Shown piece after piece: positions 17,184 through 25,101 of a stretch of DNA of 64,000 nt (positions are counted from its first letter, which is position 1; each line of letters starts with the position of its first letter). Below the pieces are notes generated by a model. The model ran no database searches, was not told the origin of the DNA, and saw only the letters and a program-made list of their open reading frames with translations. The DNA is taken from NCBI GenBank assembly GCA_003023195.1, contig PXRX01000001.1:768-64767 (forward strand), written 5' to 3'. Made by a program: the position numbers and the translations under genes. The stretch comes from Halobacteriales archaeon QS_8_69_26. GTDB taxonomy: Archaea > Halobacteriota > Halobacteria > Halobacteriales > SW-7-71-33.

Positions 17184-18161
17184 ATGGCACCCGACGCAGA
17201 ATCCTCACGAATGCCGATACTGGATCCGATCAGGTCGCTCCTCTGGAGCACGGACGGCCCCCGCCTCAGGGCGTCGTGGCGTCTCCTCCTCTCGTGGGGA
17301 CTCCTGTTCGTCTGGAGCGTCGTCGCCGCCCTCGCCGCCGGCTTCACCAAACCGTTCTGGAACACCTTTCCCGGGCCCGCCCGACAGATCCTCAACATCG
17401 GCGTCGGGACTGCTGTCTTCCTCGCGCTCTTTGCCCTCTTCGCCCGCTACGTCGATCGTCGGCCCCTTTCGAACTACGGCTTCGCACGCTCTCCCACGTG
17501 GGTTGCGGAACTCGCTGTCGGCTTTCTCGCCGTCCTCGTCGGGACCGCGCTCTGGCACGCGCTCGGCGTCGTCCTCGGCTGGACGACCCTCGAGTTCGTC
17601 CTCGATACCTCCGACGTCACGGACGTCCTCTGGCTTCTCGCCCTGCTGTTGCCGTGGTACCTCTCCGGGTTGACGCAGTCGCTCCTCTCGGTCGCCCTCG
17701 TCACGAAGAACGCCGCCGAAGGCCTGCACGCCCGAGGAGCGTCCCTCGCGCACGCGGTCGCCGGAGCCGTCGTCGTCGCCTTCCTGTTTTTCACCCTCCG
17801 TCACTCCCCGACCACCGCGACGCGCGTCCTCAGCCTCGTGTTCGGTGGCACCGTCTTCACCCTCCTCTACGTCCACTCCGGGAACCTCGCCCTCTCGATC
17901 GGTGCCCTCGGCAGCGCGAACTACACCAACCAGTTCGTCTTCTCGAACCCCTCCGGAGGCCCACCGGGGGACTGGCCGGAGGTCGTCCACCTCTCGCAGT
18001 CACTCCCGGAGGCAGTCGACCTCGTCGCCCAAACGAACCTGCCCGCACTGGTGTTCACGTATCTGCTCGCCGTCGCGTGGCTCGCGTGGCGACGGGACGG
18101 CCTCGCGATCCACCCGTCGCTCGCGCAGTGGCGGCCACGCGAGGATACCCGTCCGGAGTGA
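17184..18161 (+). CDS. CPBP (CAAX protease/Abi)-like polytopic membrane protein with divergent catalytic motifs
   Basis: 325 aa. The N-terminus (..LLWSTDGPRLRASWRLLL..) and TM layout resemble haloarchaeal CPBP proteins. The position of the EExxxR motif reads TKNAAEGLHARG. An FxxxH-like FFTLRH is present, and the last HxxxN-like motif reads GSANYTN. Confidence 0.55.
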   Translation: MAPDAESSRMPILDPIRSLLWSTDGPRLRASWRLLLSWGLLFVWSVVAALAAGFTKPFWNTFPGPARQILNIGVGTAVFLALFALFARYVDRRPLSNYGFARSPTWVAELAVGFLAVLVGTALWHALGVVLGWTTLEFVLDTSDVTDVLWLLALLLPWYLSGLTQSLLSVALVTKNAAEGLHARGASLAHAVAGAVVVAFLFFTLRHSPTTATRVLSLVFGGTVFTLLYVHSGNLALSIGALGSANYTNQFVFSNPSGGPPGDWPEVVHLSQSLPEAVDLVAQTNLPALVFTYLLAVAWLAWRRDGLAIHPSLAQWRPREDTRPE

Positions 18162-18293
18162 TCTCCGTCGCCGCTTTCTTACCGGGACCGACCACCGATC
18201 TCCGGGTTGGACGAACGCGTCGACCCCGTTCGGTCGCTCCGGACGGTCGCACGGAGACGAAACGCCTACGGCGCGCTCCCCCCATCCCCGGTC

Positions 18294-18563
18294 ATGGGCG
18301 AGAAGGTGGCGGCGCTCGCCGACCAGGACGGGTGGCGGGGCGAGGAGTACGCGGCCCGGGTCCACTACGAGGGGGCCGACGACTACTACAGCATCGAGTA
18401 CTACGAGCCGAGCGACTGCGTCCTCTACTGGAAGGTCAAGGGCGACGGCGAGACGGCGGTGCCGGTCGGACGGGAGACCGTCCCCGAACCGCTCCGGGAA
18501 CGGATCCGCCTGGACCTGGAGGAAGCCGGGGTGGACCCCGCGGTGGAGTCCCGGTCGCTGTAG
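18294..18563 (+). CDS. Small acidic hypothetical protein (89 aa)
   Basis: Internal ATG at 18294 (MGEKVAALADQDGWRGEEYAARVHYEGADDYYSIEYYEP...). Composition is halophile-like and acidic. No family was recognised. Confidence 0.5.
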   Translation: MGEKVAALADQDGWRGEEYAARVHYEGADDYYSIEYYEPSDCVLYWKVKGDGETAVPVGRETVPEPLRERIRLDLEEAGVDPAVESRSL

Positions 18564-18710
18564 GTTCCGTCCCACCCGCTGTCGGTTCCGTCCTGCCCGG
18601 CGCCCTTCGACGGTCGTCCGGTACCGCGTGTGATCCCGTCACGGGGCCGGAAAAGACCCTTATCCCACCGGTGGGAACCGCCGGTCGCGCCGAGGGAGGT
18701 CAGGGAGTGA

Positions 18711-19130
18711 TGGGAGGCCGGTGCCGAGCGGTTCCAGGAGACGGCCGACATCGACGTGGGGATCAACTGGGGGTACGACGGGGTCGACGGCGGCGAACTC
18801 CTCGGGGACCTGGCGGGGGCGGACGTCCTGGAACTGGGCTGTGGCGGCGGCCAGTGTACGGTCGAACTGGCCCGGCGCGGTGCCGACGTGGTCGGGATCG
18901 ACTTCACCCGGAACCAGCTCCGGTACGCGCGGGACCTGGTGGTCTTCCACGAGACGGTCAGCGGGGTCCACGCCGCACCCCGGGACGCCGGTTTCGCGGT
19001 CGAGACGCTCCTGGAACCCGGATCCCCGGACCCCGACGACTACGAACCGGGCCCCTGGGACGATTCCCCGCCGGAACTCCGGGCGACGGTCCCCCAGGTG
19101 CTGGTCGTAGCCGCGAGCGCGCCCGCCTGA
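18711..19130 (+). pseudogene. Class I SAM-dependent methyltransferase remnant (apparent internal deletion, no ATG start)
   Basis: The frame opens after TGA at 18708-18710, and the first start codon is GTG at 18756. Motif I is intact (VLELGCGGGQCTVELARRGADVVGIDF). The sequence then jumps to a typical C-terminal tail (..DAGFAVETLLEPGSPDPDDY...VPQVLVVAA). About 100 aa, covering the post-I, II and III motifs, appear to be missing. Confidence 0.5.
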
Positions 19131-19209
19131 GTGGTGCGGTCGCCCGCGGGGACGGTGCAGGTGTTTCGACTCGAAACCCTTTTTGACGCGGATCCACTGG
19201 TGAGCATCA

Positions 19210-21183
19210 ATGGCTATCGCGGACGAAGACGACGACCCGTTCGAGGAACAAAAGGAGAAGGCCGAGGCCCCGATGCGGCGGCTGTTCGCCGAGTACGGCC
19301 GGGAGAACGCCTTCCAGTTCCTGGTGGGGGTCTTCGGGAGCGTCGTCGCCCGCCTGCTGGACCTCATCCCGCCGTTCCTGCTGGGGTTCGCCATCGACGC
19401 GATCCTCCGGGACGACAAGCCGTTCACACTGCTGTTCGTCCCCGACTCGTGGACGACTGAGTTGCCCCAGGCCACACAGCTGTGGATCGCCATCGGGATC
19501 ATCGGGCTGGGCTTCTTCGGCGGCGCCGCCTTCCACTGGATCCGCAACTGGGGGTGGAACTCCTTCGCCCAGAACATCCAGCACTCCATCCGGACGGACA
19601 CCTACGACAAGATGCAGCGGCTGAACATGGACTTCTTCGCCGACAAGCAGACCGGCGAACTCATCTCCATCCTCTCGAACGACGTCAACCGCCTGGAGCG
19701 GTTCCTGAACGAGGGGATGAACTCCGCGTTCCGCCTGTCGATCATGGTGCTTGGGATCGCGGTCATCCTGTTTATCCTCAACCCGCAACTGGCGCTGGTC
19801 GCGCTGTTGCCGGTGCCGCTCATCGCACTGACGACCTACAAGTTCATCGAGATAATCCAGCCCAAGTACAAGGCGGTCCGCAAGACCGTCGGGCAGGTCA
19901 ACTCCCGGCTGGAGAACAACCTCGGCGGCATCTCGGTCATCAAGACCGCGAACACCGAGGACTACGAGTCCGACCGGGTCGACGACGTGTCCGGTGACTA
20001 CTTCGACGCCAACTGGGACGCCATCGGCACCCGGATCAAGTTCTTCCCCAGCCTCCGGATCCTGGCGGGGATCGGGTTCGTCGTCACGTTCGCCGTCGGC
20101 GGGTTCTGGGTCCTCTTCTGGGAGAACTCCCGGACTGCCCCGCTGTTCTTCTCGGGGCGGCTCACCGTCGGGGAGTTCGTCACGTTCATCCTGCTGACCC
20201 AGCGGTTCATCTGGCCGATGGCTCAGTTCGGATCCATCATCAACATGTACCAGCGGGCCTACTCCTCGGCCTCGCGGATCTTCGGGCTGATGGACGAGCC
20301 CTCCCGGATAGCCGAGGACCCCGCCGCCGAGGGACTGGCGGTCGGCCGGGGGAACGTCCGGTACGACGACGTCACCTTCGGCTACGAGGACGAGGAGACC
20401 ATCGTCGAGGACGTCACCTTCGAGGTTGACGGCGGTGACACCGTCGCGCTGGTCGGTCCGACGGGAGCCGGAAAGTCCACGGTCCTCAAACTACTGCTCA
20501 GGATGTACGACGTCGACGAGGGAGCGATCACCATCGACGGCCAGGACCTCCGCGAGGTGACCATCCCGTCGCTCCGGAAGGCCATCGGCTACGTCTCCCA
20601 GGACACGTTCCTGTTCTACGGCACCGTCGAGGAGAACATCCAGTACGGCACCTTCGGCGCCTCCCGCGAGGAAGTGGTCGAGGCCGCGAAGATGGCCGAG
20701 GCCCACGAGTTCATCACCAACCTGCCCGAGGGCTACGACACCGAGGTCGGCGAGCGCGGCGTCAAACTGTCGGGCGGCCAGCGCCAGCGCATCTCCATCG
20801 CCCGGGCCATCCTCAAGGACCCGGAGATCCTCGTCCTCGACGAGGCGACCAGCGACGTCGACACCGAGACCGAGATGCTGATCCAGCGGTCGATAAACGA
20901 CATCACCGCCGACCGGACGACCTTCGCCATCGCCCACCGCCTCTCGACCATCAAGGACGCCGACAAGATCGTCGTCCTGGAGGACGGGCGGATCGTCGAG
21001 CGTGGCACCCACGAGGAACTGCTGGACAACGACGGCCTCTACGCCAACCTCTGGGGCGTCCAGGCCGGCGAGATCGACGAACTCCCCCGGGAGTTCATCG
21101 AACGGGCCGCGCGCCGGCGCTCGCACGTCGACGTCGACGAGGACGGGATGGACGAGGTCGAACCGGAGATCCTCGACGACTGA
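19210..21183 (+). CDS. ABC exporter, fused permease/ATPase (MsbA/multidrug type)
   Basis: 657 aa. A six-helix type-I exporter domain is followed by Walker [10 protein letters not shown], signature LSGGQRQR and Walker [10 protein letters not shown]. Confidence 0.9.
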   Translation: MAIADEDDDPFEEQKEKAEAPMRRLFAEYGRENAFQFLVGVFGSVVARLLDLIPPFLLGFAIDAILRDDKPFTLLFVPDSWTTELPQATQLWIAIGIIGLGFFGGAAFHWIRNWGWNSFAQNIQHSIRTDTYDKMQRLNMDFFADKQTGELISILSNDVNRLERFLNEGMNSAFRLSIMVLGIAVILFILNPQLALVALLPVPLIALTTYKFIEIIQPKYKAVRKTVGQVNSRLENNLGGISVIKTANTEDYESDRVDDVSGDYFDANWDAIGTRIKFFPSLRILAGIGFVVTFAVGGFWVLFWENSRTAPLFFSGRLTVGEFVTFILLTQRFIWPMAQFGSIINMYQRAYSSASRIFGLMDEPSRIAEDPAAEGLAVGRGNVRYDDVTFGYEDEETIVEDVTFEVDGGDTVALVGPTGAGKSTVLKLLLRMYDVDEGAITIDGQDLREVTIPSLRKAIGYVSQDTFLFYGTVEENIQYGTFGASREEVVEAAKMAEAHEFITNLPEGYDTEVGERGVKLSGGQRQRISIARAILKDPEILVLDEATSDVDTETEMLIQRSINDITADRTTFAIAHRLSTIKDADKIVVLEDGRIVERGTHEELLDNDGLYANLWGVQAGEIDELPREFIERAARRRSHVDVDEDGMDEVEPEILDD

Positions 21184-21334
21184 CCGCCGCTCCGGGGTCG
21201 TCGGGGTCCCTACCAGGTCACGATCCGGGGGTCGGACGCGACTACCCGCTGTGGTCGGTTCGTGCCGGACAGACGTCCCCGGAACGTGCCGGAGACTGTG
21301 TCCCGGGAGCCTACCTGCGGTGACCCCCGGACGG

Positions 21335-21424
21335 TTACGTGGCCACGATCAACGCGAGTCCGATGGCGGGCCCTACGATGAGGGCGAGTGCGATGAGTCG
21401 TACCGCCATTCCCAGTGGGTTCAT
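21335..21424 (-). CDS. Possible 29-aa hydrophobic micro-protein
   Basis: MNPLGMAVRLIALALIVGPAIGLALIVAT is preceded by GGAGGAA a few nt upstream of ATG 21424. It is very short, so it may be chance. Confidence 0.25.
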   Translation of the reverse strand: MNPLGMAVRLIALALIVGPAIGLALIVAT

Positions 21425-21603
21425 GGTTCCTCCCGACGGCCCCTCGATTCCTCCCTCGGAGCCGTCGAATGGTCTTACGTTCCCTCTCCCCTTAATTTAT
21501 GCATCTATGTGTCTAGATTCGGTGCCGGATCGGTCACCCCGACGGATCCGGGCGGAGCGCCCGCAGTAGGAAGGTCTAAGGAACTACCGCGGCAGGTTCG
21601 AGT

Positions 21604-22746
21604 ATGGACTTCAGTCTCACCCCGGAGCAGCGCCAGATCCGGGACATGGTCGCGGAGTTCGTCGACGAGGAGGTCGTCCCCCGGGCGGCCGACATCGACG
21701 CGACCGACGAGTTCCCCGAGGACCTGGTCGCGGAGATGGGCGATCTGGGGCTGATGGGGATGCCGTTCCCCGAGGAGTACGGCGGGGCCGGACTGGACTA
21801 CCACTCCTACGCCATCGGCCTGGAGGAGATCTCCCGCGGGTCGGGTGGCCTGGGGACCGTCGTCGCCGCCCACACCTCGCTGGCGGGCAACATGGTCTAC
21901 GAGTTCGGCACCGAGGCCCAGCGCGAGGAGTACCTCACGCCGCTGGCCGAGGGAACCGACGTCGGCGCCTTCGCCCTCTCGGAGGCGGGAGCGGGGAGCG
22001 ACGTGCCCGCCATGGAGACCCGTGCCCGGAAGGACGGCGACGAGTACGTTATCGACGGCAACAAGCTCTGGATCTCGAACGGGTCGGTCGCGGACACGAT
22101 CGTCCTCTTCGCCAAGACCGACCCCGAGGCGGGGAGCAAGGGCATCTCCTCGTTCGTCGTTCGGCCCGACGAGGACCCCGGCTTCCACGTCGAGGGCACC
22201 GAGGACAAACTCGGGGACAAGGGGTGTCCGACGGCCGAACTCCGGTTCGACGGGATGCGGATCCCCGAGGACCGCCGCCTCGGCGAGGAGGGCCGGGGGT
22301 TCGTCCAGGCGCTGAAGACGCTGAACGGCGGCCGGATCACCATCGCCGCCCGCGGGGTGGGCATCGCCCGCGCCGCCTTCGAGGCGGCCCGCCAGTACGC
22401 GGGGGACCGCGAACAGTTCGACCAGCCCATCGCGGAGTTCCAGACCATCCAGCACAAACTGGCGGACATGGACACGAAGATACAGGCGGCGAAGATGCTG
22501 ATGCACAGGGCCGCCGACCTGAAGATGCGCGACGAGCGGTTCATCAAGGAGGCCGCCCAGGCCAAACTGTACGCCTCGGAAGTCTCCCGGGAGGTGGCCA
22601 ACGAGGGCATCCAGATCCACGGCGGCTACGGCTACACGAAGGACTTCCCCGCCGAGCGGTTCTACCGGGACGCGAAACTCAACGAGATATACGAGGGCAC
22701 GAGCGAGGTCCTGCGCAATACCATCGCGGACCAGGTACTGGACTGA
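21604..22746 (+). CDS. Acyl-CoA dehydrogenase
   Basis: 380 aa. Typical ACAD sequence runs throughout (..FALSEAGAGSD.., ..KLWISNG.., ..GGYGYTKDFPAERFYRDAKLNEIYEGTSEV..). Confidence 0.92.
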   Translation: MDFSLTPEQRQIRDMVAEFVDEEVVPRAADIDATDEFPEDLVAEMGDLGLMGMPFPEEYGGAGLDYHSYAIGLEEISRGSGGLGTVVAAHTSLAGNMVYEFGTEAQREEYLTPLAEGTDVGAFALSEAGAGSDVPAMETRARKDGDEYVIDGNKLWISNGSVADTIVLFAKTDPEAGSKGISSFVVRPDEDPGFHVEGTEDKLGDKGCPTAELRFDGMRIPEDRRLGEEGRGFVQALKTLNGGRITIAARGVGIARAAFEAARQYAGDREQFDQPIAEFQTIQHKLADMDTKIQAAKMLMHRAADLKMRDERFIKEAAQAKLYASEVSREVANEGIQIHGGYGYTKDFPAERFYRDAKLNEIYEGTSEVLRNTIADQVLD

Positions 22747-22818
22747 CCGCCGTCGACACGGGTCGACTGTCTTGCGGAAACCGGTACCTTCGACTGTCTC
22801 CGGCCCCGAGTGGCGCGT

Positions 22819-23136
22819 ATGAGCGACGACGGGGACTCTCTCGGTGAGGACGGCGAGGGCGTCGTGACCGCCGCGGAGGGACCGATCCGTGCCGAGTACG
22901 AGGAGACGGAGTCGGAGCGGATCCTCTCCTTTCTCAACCGGGACAACGGCCACACCGCCGCCATCGCACAGAACCGCGAGGGGTACGCCATGCTGAAGGT
23001 CCGGCCCCGGCCGGACGGGGACGAACTCGAACGCTACTACGGGTTCGAGATGGCCCTGGACCACGCCGCCGAACTGATCGGGGTCCAGACCGGGGACCTG
23101 CCGGTCCCGGAGGCCGCCGCCGACATGGGGATGTAG
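22819..23136 (+). CDS. Small acidic hypothetical protein
   Basis: ATG at 22819 (the track uses GTG at 22810). 105 aa, acidic, no motif recognised. Coding-like composition is the only evidence. Confidence 0.5.
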   Translation: MSDDGDSLGEDGEGVVTAAEGPIRAEYEETESERILSFLNRDNGHTAAIAQNREGYAMLKVRPRPDGDELERYYGFEMALDHAAELIGVQTGDLPVPEAAADMGM

Positions 23137-23299
23137 CGGCTCCGATCCCGGACCAGATCGGCCGGTCGAAGCGGCGGGCATCCGGCAGACTGCACCGGCC
23201 CGCTGGCATCCGGGGAACCGACCCAGCCCGGTGGCCCCGGGTCGGTCACCCCGTCCGGTGCCCGGTGGACCGAAGTACGCCCCGCCCGTCCGAGAGGGC

Positions 23300-23704
23300 A
23301 TGGAAGCGATCAACCCGGACGGACTGATCGACGCCACAGAGATCGGATACAGCCAGGCGGTCGTCGCCGGCGACACCCTCTACGCCTCGGGCCAGGTGGG
23401 CTGGGACGCCGACTTCGAGGTGGCCGGCGACGACGTCGAGTCCCAGGCACGCCAGGCCTTCGAGAACGTCGCGGTCCTCCTGGCGGAAGCGGACGCGGAC
23501 CTGGACGACGTGGCGAAGGTGACCTCCTACCTGGTCGACCCGCACGACCGGGTGGAGGACTACCTCGCCGTCTTCTCGGAGACGTTCGACGGGGAGCCGT
23601 ACCCGGCCCACACGATCCTCGGGGTCGAGGCGCTGGCCCGCCCGGAGTTCCTGGTGGAGGTCGAGGTGGAGGTGCCGCTTCCCGAGGGCGCGGATCCGGA
23701 GTGA
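23300..23704 (+). CDS. RidA/YjgF/TdcF family reactive-intermediate deaminase
   Basis: Start re-picked at ATG 23300 (MEAINPDGLIDATEIGYSQAVVAGDTLYASGQVGWD...). The sequence ..VTSYLVD......F.......P.HTILGV.ALARPEFLVEVEV is typical of the family. Confidence 0.85.
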   Translation: MEAINPDGLIDATEIGYSQAVVAGDTLYASGQVGWDADFEVAGDDVESQARQAFENVAVLLAEADADLDDVAKVTSYLVDPHDRVEDYLAVFSETFDGEPYPAHTILGVEALARPEFLVEVEVEVPLPEGADPE

Positions 23705-23825
23705 CGAGGGACGTGGAGGCGGAGTGGCGAGGGACGTGGAGGCGGAGTGGCGAGGGCCGCGGATCCGGAGTGACGGTAGCCGGCGAGGGTTCCGGAGTGA
23801 CGGGGGCCGCGGATCCGGAGTGACG
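23685..23825. repeat. Degenerate ~23-bp tandem repeat (6 copies) starting inside the RidA 3' end
   Basis: The copies lie at about 23685-23706, 23707-23729, 23730-23752, 23753-23775, 23776-23802 (27 nt) and 23803-23825. All end ..CGGAGTG(A/G)CG. GCGGATCCGGAGTGACG recurs three times, and the first occurrence contains the RidA stop codon. Confidence 0.85.
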
Positions 23826-23859
23826 GACCCGTCGGGAATCGTCCCCGGGTGGTCGGAAC

Positions 23860-25101
23860 TCAGAGCCCCTCGGGGTCGACCCGCTCTATCCCGATCCGGA
23901 CGATCAGGTACGCCGCCACGCCCAGGGCGGCGTAGGCCGCGACCGCGAGGTAGGTCCCCAGGGTCGGACTGCCGATGGCTAGCTTGGCGACCGTGTTGGC
24001 CGGGTGTTCGGGCAGCAGGAAGGTCAGCGTCGCGACCGCCAGGATCGCGGTCGAGTAGAGGAACTGCGCCTGGCGGCGCTCGGGGGTCAGCAGCGAGATG
24101 CCGACCCCGACGGCGACGACTGTCGTCGAGATCCCCGCGACGAGCACCACCAGCGGGAGCCAGCCGGCGATCCGGGTGCCGTTGAGTTCCAGCAACAGGA
24201 GCCACAGCGCCGCCTGGACCGGTGCGAGCGTGGCCGTCGAGAGCATCTTGGCGTCCAGGATGGCCGCCAGGTCGACGGGCGCGCTCCGGAGCAGTTCCAG
24301 GGTGCCCCGCTGGGTCTCCTCGGTGATGGAGTCGACGGCTATCGACCCCGAGATGAACGCGGGGAGGAACATCAGTAGCGGGATCAACACCGTGTAGGTG
24401 AAGCTGAAGTAAGGGCTGGACTGGGTCCTGTCGGGCACCGACAGCGGCTCGACGTCGAGGCGGTCCTGCATGCTGTACTCCTGGCGGAGTCGCTCCTCCA
24501 TCGATTCGAGCGTCTCCCGGGTCTTGACGACGATGAGCGTCGTCCGGAGGCTCTCGCTCGGGACGATCACCACCGCCCGGATGGTACCGTCGGCGGTGTA
24601 GTTCGCGCGTATCACGACGTCGATGGCTCCGCGCTCGAAGGCGTCGGCGGTGCCGTCGGGCGACCCGAAGGTACTCGGATCGATTCCCTCCTCGCGGCTG
24701 ATCGACTCGCGAACCTCGCCGCTGGCGTTGCCGGACAGCCCGGCCTCGACGGTGAACCCCTCGACCGACCCGGGGTCGTACAGCGACACGAGGCCGACCA
24801 CGAGGAACGACGAGAACGCCGCGACGAACAGCTGGATCAGCAGGGCCAGCACGATGGTCTTCTCGCTCTTCAGCGAGGCGACCTCCCGCCGGGCGATCAC
24901 GAGCCGGGGGTCCCGCCACCACGACCTGTCGCCGTCACTGTCGTCGGGGTTGCCCGCCATCGGCGGCGGGTCCGGTCCGTCCCCGTCCAGGGGGCGCTCC
25001 ACACTACCGCCGGACGGGCCGTCGGCGTCCGGATCGTCCGGGTCGGAGGGATCGCCCCGTCCCGCGGACCCGTCTCCCGGGGGCGTGGGGTCGTCAGACA
25101 C
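23860..25101 (-). CDS. ABC-2 type transporter permease
   Basis: The GTG at 25101 overlaps the upstream stop (GTGTCTGA); an alternative ATG lies at 24960. The layout is an N-terminal TM helix, a large external loop, then the ABC-2 core ..EETQRGTLELLRSAPV... and five more helices. Confidence 0.75.
   Translation of the reverse strand: MSDDPTPPGDGSAGRGDPSDPDDPDADGPSGGSVERPLDGDGPDPPPMAGNPDDSDGDRSWWRDPRLVIARREVASLKSEKTIVLALLIQLFVAAFSSFLVVGLVSLYDPGSVEGFTVEAGLSGNASGEVRESISREEGIDPSTFGSPDGTADAFERGAIDVVIRANYTADGTIRAVVIVPSESLRTTLIVVKTRETLESMEERLRQEYSMQDRLDVEPLSVPDRTQSSPYFSFTYTVLIPLLMFLPAFISGSIAVDSITEETQRGTLELLRSAPVDLAAILDAKMLSTATLAPVQAALWLLLLELNGTRIAGWLPLVVLVAGISTTVVAVGVGISLLTPERRQAQFLYSTAILAVATLTFLLPEHPANTVAKLAIGSPTLGTYLAVAAYAALGVAAYLIVRIGIERVDPEGL

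Noticed and set aside
17276-19186. 636-aa plus-strand ORF spanning 17.3-19.2 kb
   Set aside because: It is extremely Arg/Pro/Gly-rich. It runs in an alternative frame across three separate better-supported genes.
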